64,000 nucleotides of DNA, taken from the IMG/VR virus record IMGVR_UViG_3300045988_172457, positions 13,245 through 77,244 of that record, one strand, 5' to 3'. Shown in pieces: positions 1 through 9,193 of the stretch. The translations under genes and the position numbers were made by a program. The notes under the pieces are model-generated. The model was not told the DNA's origin and made no database searches. It worked only from the letters and a program-made list of their open reading frames with translations. The stretch comes from a virus. Within the stretch, counting starts at the first letter, position 1. Each line of letters begins with the position of its first letter.

Positions 1-177
1 GCGACAATAGCGACAGCATTTTTCCTAATCTCCTATACGAACGCGGGCTGATTCAGACGGTCTCGCAGACTCAATTCCAACGCCGGTTTGTCAAGGGTTC
101 ACCCGACTCTAGGGCGGGTGGTGAATTGACATAATCCTATACTATACTGGTATTCAGTCGTACTCATCAGGAACGAG

Positions 178-600
178 GTGATTGCTGTGAAACTTGAATC
201 GAATCATCATTCGGTGTTCCTCATGCATTATCATCTCGTGCTCGTCGTGAAATACCGTCGCAAAGTGTTTGATGACACGATTTCCAATCGCGCACGGGAG
301 ATTTTCGAGTACATCGCGCCCAAGTACGGCATCACGTTGGAGGAATGGAATCATGACGTGGACCACGTGCATGTCCTGTTCCGCGCCCAGCCGAAAAGCG
401 AACTGTCGAAGTTCATCAACGCGTACAAGAGCGCCAGCAGCCGACTGCTGAAACAGGAGTTCCCCGGAATCAGACGCAAGCTTTGGAAGGAGTATTTCTG
501 GAGCCGTAGCTTCTGCCTGCTTACCACGGGCGGCGCACCCGTCGAGGTGATACGCAAATACATCGAGAACCAAGGCGAGAAGAGCCGAACCCAAGCATGA
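178..600 (+). CDS. tnpA: IS200-like TnpA, HUH/Y1 single-strand transposase
   Basis: 140 aa with the HVHVL (HUH) motif and the KYRRKVF motif typical of IS200 TnpA. Overlaps tnpB by 4 nt. Confidence 0.85.
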   Translation: MIAVKLESNHHSVFLMHYHLVLVVKYRRKVFDDTISNRAREIFEYIAPKYGITLEEWNHDVDHVHVLFRAQPKSELSKFINAYKSASSRLLKQEFPGIRRKLWKEYFWSRSFCLLTTGGAPVEVIRKYIENQGEKSRTQA

Positions 601-1766
601 AGACACATATCGCCGTGAGGTTCCGCGCATATCCCACCGAAGAACAGGCGCGGCTGATAGACCGCACCATCGGCTGCGCACGCTTCGTATACAACCTCAT
701 GCTCGAAACCCGCATCGCCCACTATCAGACCACATGGGAATCATGCCGTCCCACGCCCGCCCTGTACAAGGACACGTATCCGTTCCTGCGCGAAGTGGAT
801 AGCTTCGCTCTTTGCAACGCGCAACTCGCATTGGAGAAGGCGTACAAGAGGTTCTTCGAGGACAGGAAAACAGGTTTTCCGAAGTACAAGTCGAAACGTC
901 GGGGCAGGAAGACATACACGACGAATCTGTCCCACGGCAACATCGAATTGGATGACAAGGCAAGGAGGTTGAAACTACCCAAGCTCGGATGGTTGGCGGT
1001 CCGCCAACACAAGCGTATCCCCGACGATTGGAAACTGAAATCCGTCACCGTGGAGCATTGCCCTTCCGGAAGATACACCGCGACAATCCTTTTCGAGTAC
1101 GAGACCCAAATACCCGAAAAAGTGAAGCCGGTGAAGACTGTCGGATTGGACTACGCGTCTCACGGCCTGTATGTTTCCAGTGACGGGGAGCACGCCGAAT
1201 ATCCGGGATACTATCGGAAAATGCAGGACAAGCTCGCCAGAGAGCAATGCAAGCTTTCCCATATGGTCAAAGGTTCCGCCAACTGGCGTAAACAGTGCAA
1301 GCGGGTCGCCCGACTGTATGAGAAGACCGCCAATCAAAGACGCGACTACCAGCATAAGAAAGCCAACAGGATTGTCGCATCATACGATATGGTTGGCGTG
1401 GAGGCTCTGAGCATGAAAAGCATGATGAAGAAACCCGAGCCGAAACCAGACCCCGAACGTCAGGGACATTATCTTCCCAATGGCCGCAAAGCCAGAAAAG
1501 GTTTGGCTAAAAGCACGTTGGACAACGCCTACGGCATGTTCTGCACCATGTTGGAATACAAGCTCGCCCGTCAAGGCAAACGGCTGGTACGGGTGGACAA
1601 ATGGTATCCGTCCAGCCAACTATGCCACGACTGCGGTTGCAAGAATCCTCTGGTCAAGGATTTAAGCGTCCGCGAATGGGCGTGCCCATCATGTGGAGTG
1701 TTGCATGACCGTGACGTGAACGCCGCCCGGAATATTCGGGATGAGGCAATGAGAATCATCGAGTAG
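597..1766 (+). CDS. tnpB: IS605-family TnpB (RuvC-like, OMEGA RNA-guided nuclease family)
   Basis: 389 aa. C-terminal zinc finger CHDCGC...CPSCG and the RuvC-III-like DRDVNAARNI motif. Lies directly downstream of tnpA. Confidence 0.85.
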   Translation: MKTHIAVRFRAYPTEEQARLIDRTIGCARFVYNLMLETRIAHYQTTWESCRPTPALYKDTYPFLREVDSFALCNAQLALEKAYKRFFEDRKTGFPKYKSKRRGRKTYTTNLSHGNIELDDKARRLKLPKLGWLAVRQHKRIPDDWKLKSVTVEHCPSGRYTATILFEYETQIPEKVKPVKTVGLDYASHGLYVSSDGEHAEYPGYYRKMQDKLAREQCKLSHMVKGSANWRKQCKRVARLYEKTANQRRDYQHKKANRIVASYDMVGVEALSMKSMMKKPEPKPDPERQGHYLPNGRKARKGLAKSTLDNAYGMFCTMLEYKLARQGKRLVRVDKWYPSSQLCHDCGCKNPLVKDLSVREWACPSCGVLHDRDVNAARNIRDEAMRIIE

Positions 1767-1880
1767 CACGACTCATAAATCGTGCGAACCACAGGGCATG
1801 TGGGGATAGCCTGTCAATACTGAACCCACTGGGGTTCTTGAGCAGGAAGCCCCCGCCTCTCATAAGGCGGGGGAGAATGT
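1640..1880 (+). ncRNA. Putative omegaRNA (TnpB guide-RNA scaffold) overlapping the tnpB 3' end and the IS right end
   Basis: Inference from IS605 biology. Hairpins are visible at 1770-1787 (CACGA..TCGTG) and at 1850-1873. Confidence 0.3.
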
Positions 1881-2300
1881 CACTAGTTCCCGTCCCGCAG
1901 GGAGCAGCGTCAGAGCGCCCGTTGCGATGTCGAGGCGAACCAGCTTGTCGTTCAGCAGTTCGACGGCGGCGTTTTCGAAACCGGCCTTGTATGCGTTGGC
2001 CGTTCCCTGTCCGGCTTGGCGGAGCAGTGTTTCGCTGTTGCGCTCGTATAGTCGGATTGGACGGTCTGCCTCGCCTTGGGCGAGCGTGGATACGAGGCGC
2101 ATGCCATCCTTGGTGAGGGATGGGGCTGATTGTCCGTTACGTCGGATGAGTCCGGCATCCAGCAGTCGTCTGCCGATGTTGCTTTTGAGGATGTCGGCGG
2201 TCAACCGTCCTTTTTCGATGTTGTAGAGGATTCTGGTCTCACCTTCGCTGATACCGGCCAAGAGGACGCGGAAACGTTGGGTGGAGGATTGTTCGTCCAA
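1860..2300 (-). CDS. Hypothetical protein (146 aa). Its C-terminus overlaps the IS right end.
   Basis: ORF-track ORF. Its 3' end runs into the IS right-end hairpin, which suggests the IS inserted at or near the gene's 3' end. Confidence 0.45.
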   Translation of the reverse strand: MDEQSSTQRFRVLLAGISEGETRILYNIEKGRLTADILKSNIGRRLLDAGLIRRNGQSAPSLTKDGMRLVSTLAQGEADRPIRLYERNSETLLRQAGQGTANAYKAGFENAAVELLNDKLVRLDIATGALTLLPAGRELVTFSPAL

Positions 2301-2339
2301 TGCTGTTCCTTTCGGAGGTTTAATGTTTTTTTCTAAGTC

Positions 2340-2657
2340 TCAGAGGATGTTGACGGGAGTGTCGTTCAGACAGTCCCAGTATTCGAGTCGTGCCACCGGC
2401 GACATTTCCTTGAACGTTCTGACCACGCCGTCATGCATGGTTTTGGCTTGCCAGTATTCCTCACTGGACGATTCGGGATTGTCCATAACCTTGGCGGAGT
2501 ATTCTTCCATTTCCAACAGGTCGAGCCTACGGAGTCGGACGGAACCGTTCTCGTCCAGTCCGATGTTCTCCGCTAACCACTCGCGGAGCATCCAACAATC
2601 GTTGACGAACAGGAGGATTCGTCCGCTTCTGCCATCCCGTAGCATCTGATAGTTCAC
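2340..2657 (-). CDS. Hypothetical protein (105 aa)
   Basis: ORF with a protein-like composition. Translationally coupled to the upstream ORF on the minus strand. Confidence 0.5.
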   Translation of the reverse strand: MNYQMLRDGRSGRILLFVNDCWMLREWLAENIGLDENGSVRLRRLDLLEMEEYSAKVMDNPESSSEEYWQAKTMHDGVVRTFKEMSPVARLEYWDCLNDTPVNIL

Positions 2658-3493
2658 AGGACTCCGCCATCCTCGTAGCCGACGGTGTATTCGCCTACGG
2701 TTCCGTGCAGTCCGCAGTTAATCTGCAATCCATCCAAGATGACCATGCGGTGTGGGGAGAGCTGCACGTCTTCGCGTAGGTTTTCCAAACGCATGCCTGA
2801 CGTCAGTTTTATCAACGTTTGCCAGTAGGCTCCGTCCAGTTGGCTCCAATATTTGAGATGTGAGTCTTTCAACTGTCGGAATAGAAGGAGCGCATGAACG
2901 TATTGGCCTGTCCAATCCACGTCATGCATGAGCCGTTCCAACCGGTTCAGTTGGACGGTCACGTCTTCCGGATTGTTCGCTTGGAACAGTGGCCCGTACT
3001 CATCCAATGCCTCACGTAGTTCCTGCTGTCGCATATCCCGGATTGGTGTTCCTCCGAATTGTGGACTGTTGGCGAGCCATACGGCCAAATCCCATGTTTC
3101 AGCCGCGTTCGCGTCGATGTTCGGATACGCGCAGTCACGGACTGTAGTCCAGCTGGCGCTTACCTTGACGAGTCCCCGGATTCCCGCCACGAAATTCAGG
3201 ATGGACAGGAACAGGAAGATGATTTTCCATCCTCCCGTCAGGGAGTTCGAATATGCGAGGAGACATACCGCCACCAGTAGTCCGAGCGCGTACACCACGG
3301 CTTGCGGCAGGACTCCCCTACGGAAGATGGTCTGCAAGACTGCTTCCCGGTCTCCGTTGGAACGTAAAGGGGTTTTGTTCACGGTGTAGTCTTGATTATC
3401 CAAAAGTTCAGGCTTTCGACGCTTTGATGTATTTCTTTTTCTTGAATCGTTCATCGACCCGGATGACCCAGCCGGTGTCGCTGGTTCCGGCAA
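2654..3493 (-). CDS. Hypothetical membrane protein (279 aa, two predicted TM helices)
   Basis: Hydrophobic segments VVYALGLLVAVCLLAY and WKIIFLFLSILNFVAGI. The start is uncertain; it overlaps the ORF at 3408-3797. Confidence 0.5.
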   Translation of the reverse strand: MPEPATPAGSSGSMNDSRKRNTSKRRKPELLDNQDYTVNKTPLRSNGDREAVLQTIFRRGVLPQAVVYALGLLVAVCLLAYSNSLTGGWKIIFLFLSILNFVAGIRGLVKVSASWTTVRDCAYPNIDANAAETWDLAVWLANSPQFGGTPIRDMRQQELREALDEYGPLFQANNPEDVTVQLNRLERLMHDVDWTGQYVHALLLFRQLKDSHLKYWSQLDGAYWQTLIKLTSGMRLENLREDVQLSPHRMVILDGLQINCGLHGTVGEYTVGYEDGGVL

Positions 3494-3797
3494 TCTGGTA
3501 GCGGACTCTTCGTTGGATTTTCAGTGGCCGCAGATATTTGTTGAGTCGGAGTTGTCCGACGGTGGGCGGGTCTCCTAGGATGTGGGGGATTCTTTGTATT
3601 CCGTCGTTTGTGTTGAAGTAAAGCAGGATTGGCGTCTCGTCCTTGCAGGAGTCAAGGAACCCTCCTACGGTGTCAAGGTCTTTGCGTGGACGGGAACGTT
3701 CTTGGGTTTGACTGTCCGTGATGTCCGTTTCGGTGTTCAAAAAGGAACCTTCCTTGTTTGTGACTGGTTCCACTATAACGTAGTTTTTCGCAAACAA
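3408..3797 (-). CDS. Hypothetical protein (129 aa)
   Basis: ORF with a plausible composition. Overlaps the downstream gene by 46-85 nt, so one of the two starts may be wrong. Confidence 0.4.
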   Translation of the reverse strand: MFAKNYVIVEPVTNKEGSFLNTETDITDSQTQERSRPRKDLDTVGGFLDSCKDETPILLYFNTNDGIQRIPHILGDPPTVGQLRLNKYLRPLKIQRRVRYQIAGTSDTGWVIRVDERFKKKKYIKASKA

Positions 3798-3822
3798 GGA
3801 AGGTTTCAGGAAAAATTCTTTC

Positions 3823-4194
3823 TCAGGCGAGCTTCGAATCGTAATCGTCGATGGGCTGGGTGAGCGGCTTGCCTTCCCTGACCATTTTTTCTATGTCCTC
3901 GTAGTCGTCACAAGCCGCCCACAGTCCGAGGTCAGGGTTGAGATGATACATGGTTCCAGATTTCACACCTTCGTCAACATAGAGTCCGTGACTGCAAGTG
4001 TTGTTGATGTTGGTGGGCTGTGGGTCTTGCTCGTAGTCATCGATGTTCCACGGGTCGCCTTCGGGCAACAGCACGTAGTCTCCGATGCCGTCGTGAATAT
4101 CCCGTAGGCGCTGTTCCTGTTCGTCTTGGAGGTCTTGTTCCCTGTCGAGCATGAGGTTGATTTGGTGTTCGATGCTGTTGAAGTAGTTGCTCAT
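3823..4194 (-). CDS. Highly acidic small protein (123 aa, D/E-rich). Candidate DNA-mimic / anti-restriction-like protein.
   Basis: Sequence is dominated by D/E/Q (DREQDLQDEQEQ..., DDYEQDPQP, DDYEDIE). The functional call is inference only. Confidence 0.5.
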   Translation of the reverse strand: MSNYFNSIEHQINLMLDREQDLQDEQEQRLRDIHDGIGDYVLLPEGDPWNIDDYEQDPQPTNINNTCSHGLYVDEGVKSGTMYHLNPDLGLWAACDDYEDIEKMVREGKPLTQPIDDYDSKLA

Positions 4195-4514
4195 GTTTTT
4201 CTCCTTGGCTGGCTTTTTCTATTATTGTGTGAACACTTCTAGTATAACATCATTTTCTTCTCGAATCGCCACAATGCCGATTAGGAAAGAAAATGGTTCC
4301 GCCACCCAAAAAAGAATCCACACACGGGTGGCGGAACCCGAAACACACTCCCCGAGAGGAGCTTTCCACAGAGACCGGGGAAGAAACCAGATGGTGGAAG
4401 ATATACCACGAAAACCCGGTCTCAACTGTTACAGTAAACGACTTCGAACATTCATCTGGTGCAAAACCGGAAAAACAGGAAAAGTTTTTCTAACAAGGGG
4501 CTGGGTCAACAAAA

Positions 4515-5540
4515 TCAGTTGCCGTCGGCCACGCATTGCGTGAGGAACGACTTCGTTTCGGCTTTTTCCCAACTGCTCATGGACAGCTTGTACTTGTCTT
4601 TGATGTACACGCGTTTAGCCATATACGAGCATTGGTACGTCTTGTTGGACGGGAGCCAAATGCTGGGCGTTGCGTCCTTCCACTTGGTCGAGGAACCGTT
4701 CAACGCCTCGTCCTTCACGAGGTTCACGCCCTGCTGTTTGATGTTGTTCGCTTCTCCTTCGGACGCGACGAGCACTTCCGGGTCGTTCGCGTAGGTGATG
4801 CGGTCGCCCTTGCGCGAGTCCTTCCACAGTCCGCTGGCCCAAGCGTCGTTGACCGCCACCACATGGTCGATTTGGACGGCCATGCTGTCCCCGCCTGTTT
4901 TCTTCTGTTTGCCGTTGACGGTCTCGTAGGTGTCGCGTTGGAATTTGATGGTCTTGCCGGTGTATGGGTCTTGGAGGGTTCCGGTGAGCACCTTGCAGTT
5001 CTTGTCCATGGTCACGTCGGTCATGTCGCGTTTGAGGATGTAGTCGCGGGTGGTGCCGTAACCGCAGAGCTGGTTGCTGTTCTGCCATGTGCCGAAGTCG
5101 GTTTTGCGGTTGTATCCTTTGGTGTGCGGGGTTGCGGTTTCGATGTCAGCGAGTTTGTCAAGCGCCTGTTTCGTGGTGATGGGGCTTAAAGCACCTTCAG
5201 GAACGCTTGTAGAGGCTTTTTGTGCTTGACTTGAGGAATTGTCCCCGTTTTGTGTCTGCGTCGTTTCTGAGGGCGTTTCTGTGGCTTCTGGAGTATTGGT
5301 TTGCGAATTGGAGCCGGACGGCTTCAAGGGAGGCTCCTTCAACCCCAATTTCACATCCGGCTTCACCTTGGAATCCTCACCCGGCATCAACTGGGACAGA
5401 CTGTTGATTTCCGGCAATCCGAAAATCTTCGACATGGGAGTCCACAATCCAAGATTCACGATGAGCACCATGGCCGTCAACACGACCAGAATGCCGCCAA
5501 GCAGGGAACCGGCGGACATGCCGCCTTTCTTCTTAGCCAT
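4515..5540 (-). CDS. Membrane-anchored extracellular DUF1524/HNH-like (His-Me finger) nuclease
   Basis: N-terminal TM (LLGGILVVLTAMVLIV), a Ser/Thr/Pro-rich linker, and a C-terminal domain with the GYNRKTDFGTW...CGYGTTRDYILKRDM...IDHVVAV motifs typical of secreted GmrSD-C/DUF1524 nucleases. Confidence 0.65.
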   Translation of the reverse strand: MAKKKGGMSAGSLLGGILVVLTAMVLIVNLGLWTPMSKIFGLPEINSLSQLMPGEDSKVKPDVKLGLKEPPLKPSGSNSQTNTPEATETPSETTQTQNGDNSSSQAQKASTSVPEGALSPITTKQALDKLADIETATPHTKGYNRKTDFGTWQNSNQLCGYGTTRDYILKRDMTDVTMDKNCKVLTGTLQDPYTGKTIKFQRDTYETVNGKQKKTGGDSMAVQIDHVVAVNDAWASGLWKDSRKGDRITYANDPEVLVASEGEANNIKQQGVNLVKDEALNGSSTKWKDATPSIWLPSNKTYQCSYMAKRVYIKDKYKLSMSSWEKAETKSFLTQCVADGN

Positions 5541-5562
5541 AGGAAACCTCCAAAAAATCTCA

Positions 5563-5697
5563 TCACAGGTTCAAGATGATGCTGATGACGAGACACACGA
5601 TGAACGCGATGGCGATAATCGCACCGGTCAACGGGCCATTGCTGTTGATGAACTCAGCGAACTTGTCACCCTCACTAGGCTTGTTATGTCCTGTCAT
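5563..5697 (-). CDS. Small membrane protein (44 aa). Not in the ORF track.
   Basis: Hand translation of the reverse complement gives MTGHNKPSEGDKFAEFINSNGPLTGAIIAIAFIVCLVISIILNL. An RBS (AAGGAAAA) lies upstream on the minus strand. Confidence 0.4.
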   Translation of the reverse strand: MTGHNKPSEGDKFAEFINSNGPLTGAIIAIAFIVCLVISIILNL

Positions 5698-5715
5698 TTT
5701 AGTTTTCCTTTCGGA

Positions 5716-6996
5716 TTAGTCGTTCGGACCCTCATTGGGGTCGCCGGTTACGGAACCGTCATCGGAATTCTGGGATGAACTACTGCCGTTGTTGTCGGAC
5801 GAATCCGAATCGGAGGAGTCGGAATCGTCATTGTCGGAACCGTCATCACCGGAACCGCTATCGGAATCCGATGAACTGGAATCGGAAGAATCATCATCGT
5901 CATCACTGCTGGAAGAGCCAATCAGCGAACGGTCAATGGCATTGCTGAACGCCTTCAACGTGGTCAGACTGCCTTCGGCACCCCAGTCAACGATTTTCGC
6001 GCTACCACGGGTCGGATTATGGATGAGGACGGTGACGCTCGTCTCCACGTTGCTTACCGACTTGGTGTCGGCGTTCGGGTCGTTGGCCGTACTCGCGTCA
6101 ACCTTCTTCTCGTAGGGTTTGAACGAGATGCTGACGCTCGCCGCCGCCCATTCGGGATTGTCGGACTTGTTCTGCTTGTCAACGGTCTTGCCGTCCTTGG
6201 TGCATTGCACAAGCCAGTCTAGGGACGAGTTCAGATACGAACCCAAGCTTGCGGGTTGATACATGTGGTCGCTGTTCGGGTCTCCGACAAGTACCGTCAA
6301 AGCGTTGGAGTCTTTGCCGATGTATGCTTTAGACCAAGCGCTGACCACGTTCGTCAGGCTCGTGTTCTGGTCAAGCTGAATGTAACCGTCGGGACGATAC
6401 GTGTCCGTATTGCTGTTCGAAGTGACGGTCTTGGGAAGCACGGTCGGCGTTCCCACCGCAGTAGCCACACCATCGGTGACGGCGACAAGCTGGGTGATAT
6501 CCCTCGTGCTTCCATCCGACTTGTCGGTGAGGGACATCTGATGACTCCAATACTGGGTGGTGGAACCGCTGGAATCGTCCGACGTGGATGTGCTGACTTC
6601 AGTGGCGCCATTCCACCACAGGTTCGCATACCCGTATTGGAAAGCGCCCTTGTCATCATCCAGCCAACTGTACACGGCTTGCAACGCGACCTGCTTGCCG
6701 GGCTTGTCGCCGCTGATTTCCTTGTACTTCTCCGTCAGGTAGGAACCCATTTCGTTCAACGTGTTGATTGCACGGACGGAAACCATCGGGGCGACCAGAC
6801 CGGTGCAGATGAACAGGATGATGAGAACCTTCCACTTCTGGGTGTTCTTCAACGCCTTCTTCCACGCGGTGAGTTCTATCTCGTCCTTGCGTTCTTTTTC
6901 GTCAGCGAACAGGTCGGTCTCATTGTTCGGGTTCTGCTTCGCCTTCTGCTGGCCCATCGGCTGTTTGCCGTTCTTGTCTTTCTTGCTTCCGAACAC
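5716..6996 (-). CDS. Membrane protein with a large extracytoplasmic domain and an acidic Ser/Asp-rich C-terminal tail (426 aa)
   Basis: Basic N-terminus, one TM (VLIILFICTGLVAPMV), and a C-terminal ~70 aa made of S/D repeats (SSSDDDDDSSDSSSSDSDSGSGDDGSDNDDSDSSDSDSSD). Confidence 0.65.
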   Translation of the reverse strand: MFGSKKDKNGKQPMGQQKAKQNPNNETDLFADEKERKDEIELTAWKKALKNTQKWKVLIILFICTGLVAPMVSVRAINTLNEMGSYLTEKYKEISGDKPGKQVALQAVYSWLDDDKGAFQYGYANLWWNGATEVSTSTSDDSSGSTTQYWSHQMSLTDKSDGSTRDITQLVAVTDGVATAVGTPTVLPKTVTSNSNTDTYRPDGYIQLDQNTSLTNVVSAWSKAYIGKDSNALTVLVGDPNSDHMYQPASLGSYLNSSLDWLVQCTKDGKTVDKQNKSDNPEWAAASVSISFKPYEKKVDASTANDPNADTKSVSNVETSVTVLIHNPTRGSAKIVDWGAEGSLTTLKAFSNAIDRSLIGSSSSDDDDDSSDSSSSDSDSGSGDDGSDNDDSDSSDSDSSDNNGSSSSQNSDDGSVTGDPNEGPND

Positions 6997-7229
6997 AGTT
7001 CCGCTCCGAATTCATTTCCGTTTGTCATGCACTGTCTTCAAGTCTACCTTCCGTCCGAGGTTTCCTATATCGGCTTCGGGGTTTTCAGCATGCATCCACC
7101 GGTGGTACTGGCTTCTCTGTTTTTCTTTTTCCGGAACTTTTCTTTTTTCTCTCTTCCACAAAAGGATTAGACCTGTTCAAACGTTCGAATCAGGGAAGCG
7201 AAAAAAGCATTGAGGATGACCTTTAAGCA

Positions 7230-7400
7230 GGGTTCAATCTCTTCAAAACATGAAATCTAAAAAATGGGTTTATTCTGTTTTTGATTTTTTGCTTCTTTTT
7301 AAAAAAACTTGTTTTTTGAAAAAAGAAGGGAATACAAGGGTTATTAATATTTTGTAATCTTTTGTATACCTTTTGCAGGTGTCGAAATCCCTTATGGGAG
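7230..7400. promoter_or_regulatory. AT-rich region adjacent to the iterons. Candidate DNA-unwinding element of the plasmid origin (oriV).
   Basis: A>80% AT tract (tttttgatttttttgcttctttttaaaaaaacttgttttttgaaaaaagaagg...) immediately upstream of the iteron array and rep. Confidence 0.4.
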
Positions 7401-7412
7401 TAGGCGTTTCAG

Positions 7413-7552
7413 GTCGAAAGCGTGTCAGAAGTTCCAACTTTCCGTGTCAGAAGTTCCAACTTTCCGTGTCGAAAGTTCCAACTTCCGTGTCAGAAGTGCC
7501 CACTTAGCGTGTCAGAAGTTCCAACTTTCCGTGTCGAAAGTTCCAACTTTTT
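7413..7552 (+). repeat. Iteron array: six tandem 21-22-bp direct repeats (consensus CGTGTCAGAAGTTCCAACTTTC) upstream of rep
   Basis: Units at approximately 7421, 7443, 7465, 7486 (degenerate), 7508 and 7530. A further degenerate copy lies near 7633-7650. Confidence 0.7.
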
Positions 7553-7729
7553 ATGCAGGGCGTGCCAGAATAACCCACCTATAGCGGCACCTTCTCACGC
7601 GTGCCCGAAGAGGTTGACTGCAACAGTGGAGAGGTCGAAAGTTCTAACTAGAATCAGAGAAAAGAAAACCCCGCGCTGCGGAACCAGCCGGGGTAACGGC
7701 AACCATCAACCTTAAGGAACTGTGGTCAC

Positions 7730-8599
7730 ATGACCTATGATAGCAAAGACCTCGACAAGTCAAACGCATACCGCTACGCCCCGTCCGTGATGTCAAAGCT
7801 GAGCTTCCTGCCACAGTCGAAACCGGACTCGCCATCCGTTAGGAAGACGAACGGGAACTCGTCAATCACCGTCTCAGCCTCCAACGGGGAATGGGCTTAT
7901 GGTGCGGCCCCCAGAATGTTCCTCCTCCACATTCGCTCTCTTATCAAGAACGGGAGCGACTGCGTGGACGTGGAGCATCATACCGTCTACTTGGACGACA
8001 CGTATAACTCGTTCTGCAATAGCGTCGGAATCAAATATTCCGGGTCGAACAAGAATAATGTGATGAAAATGGTTAAGAACCTAGCCACCACTTCCATCAT
8101 CCTCCAAAACTGGTCAGCAGACGGATTCATAGCCCACTCGTTCTTTGTCGCCAACACCGTGGCGCTCAACTACGGGACCGACGAAAACAAGAAGTCGTTC
8201 ATAGAATTCTCTCCCCAGATGTGGGCGCTGCTGACCGAGAACTGCGTGCCACTCAACCCGTACATCGTCCGTCGGCTTCGCAGTGACGCCCTCGCCTTGG
8301 ACATCTACCAGTGGCTCGCGTTCCGCGCGAACGGTGCCCGACGTGAAACCCGCGTAACATGGGAAGCTCTGTTGATGCAGTTCAAGTATGACGGGTATCC
8401 GATGCGTGAATTCAGACGCAAGTTCAGAAGAGCGTTGGAGAAGATTCAGCTCGCATGGCCGGAATTGAAAGTCGAAATCACGGAAACCGGCGTCATAGTC
8501 CGCCCCAGTCTCCCTTCCATCCAGTCGGGTAACGATGATGCCGACACGGACGCGGGTGGGGCAGATGATGAAGAGCCGATGAACCCGTTCGTATCCTGA
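7730..8599 (+). CDS. rep: Plasmid replication initiator protein (iteron-binding Rep, RepA-like)
   Basis: 289 aa. Position directly downstream of the iterons. The ...LDIYQWLAFRA...FRRKFRRALEKI helix-rich C-terminal half is typical of RepA-family initiators. Confidence 0.65.
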   Translation: MTYDSKDLDKSNAYRYAPSVMSKLSFLPQSKPDSPSVRKTNGNSSITVSASNGEWAYGAAPRMFLLHIRSLIKNGSDCVDVEHHTVYLDDTYNSFCNSVGIKYSGSNKNNVMKMVKNLATTSIILQNWSADGFIAHSFFVANTVALNYGTDENKKSFIEFSPQMWALLTENCVPLNPYIVRRLRSDALALDIYQWLAFRANGARRETRVTWEALLMQFKYDGYPMREFRRKFRRALEKIQLAWPELKVEITETGVIVRPSLPSIQSGNDDADTDAGGADDEEPMNPFVS

Positions 8600-8656
8600 A
8601 TGTGTTTTAGAAAAACCAATGGGACGTACGCTCTGTTGTGAGTGCCGCCCCATCTG

Positions 8657-8680
8657 GAAGACTTCGATGAAGTCTTTTTG
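8657..8680 (+). terminator. Rho-independent-type hairpin plus T-run after rep
   Basis: GAAGACTTC-gat-GAAGTCTTT followed by TTTTT. Confidence 0.4.
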
Positions 8681-8707
8681 TTCATCCGAAAATTAGTATA
8701 CCGGAGC

Positions 8708-9163
8708 CTAATCCTTCTGCTCATACTTGTCGATGAGCGACTGGTCGAAGTGCCCCTGCTGGAAGCAGTAATCCATCGCGGCATTCAACAATACAGCCTG
8801 CTTCGTCCCGTATTCGATGCTTCTCATCTTCCACGCACGCCAGTTTTCGACGGTGACGTTGCTGCCGATTCTTTTCTCTTTCGGCGGCTGATGCGTTTCG
8901 GATGGTGCCGGTGTTTCAGGATGGGTTATGTCGGTGATGAGCCGTGCCCGACGGTCGGCTTCTTCCTCCGTGAGCGTTTGGGCATGCATGTCGGCGGACG
9001 TTTGGACTGACTGGTCTGACGGTTCCCGCGTTTCAGGAACGGCCTGTGTCGGTTCCTGCTCCGTGTTCGGTTCGCTAATGTTTTCCGGTGATTCCAATGG
9101 GCGCATGTCACGCTTGTCCTGCATTCCGGTTGCGAAAGCGTTGCGTTTGATGTTCTTGACCAT
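8708..9163 (-). CDS. Putative partition adaptor/centromere-binding protein downstream of parA (151 aa)
   Basis: Operon position directly after parA. A disordered acidic N-terminus and a structured C-terminal ~60 aa. Function is inferred from context only. Confidence 0.4.
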   Translation of the reverse strand: MVKNIKRNAFATGMQDKRDMRPLESPENISEPNTEQEPTQAVPETREPSDQSVQTSADMHAQTLTEEEADRRARLITDITHPETPAPSETHQPPKEKRIGSNVTVENWRAWKMRSIEYGTKQAVLLNAAMDYCFQQGHFDQSLIDKYEQKD

Positions 9164-9193
9164 GATTGCCTACTTACTCCCCTGCTCCTGTTT

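Larger units (their letters stand above)
90..1880 (+). mobile_element. IS200/IS605-family insertion sequence (tnpA + tnpB). The left-end imperfect hairpin is ~100-120 and the right-end 8-bp-stem hairpin is 1850-1873.
   Basis: Y1 (HUH) transposase ORF followed by an overlapping TnpB ORF. Subterminal palindromes: CACCCG..CGGGTG (100-120) and CCCCCGCC-tctcataa-GGCGGGGG (1850-1873). Confidence 0.75.

Noticed and set aside
6256-7170. 304-aa plus-strand ORF overlapping the 5716-6996 minus-strand gene and its promoter region
   Set aside because: It is antisense to a gene with clear TM and tail features. The ORF runs into the AT-rich region and has no RBS.
7413-7552. Tandem 22-bp repeats considered as a possible CRISPR array
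   Set aside because: The repeats are directly adjacent with no unique spacers. They sit in front of a Rep gene next to an AT-rich tract, which identifies them as plasmid iterons rather than CRISPR.
8114-8653. 179-aa minus-strand ORF antisense to rep
   Set aside because: It is a shadow ORF within the Rep gene. Rep is supported by iteron context and a terminator.
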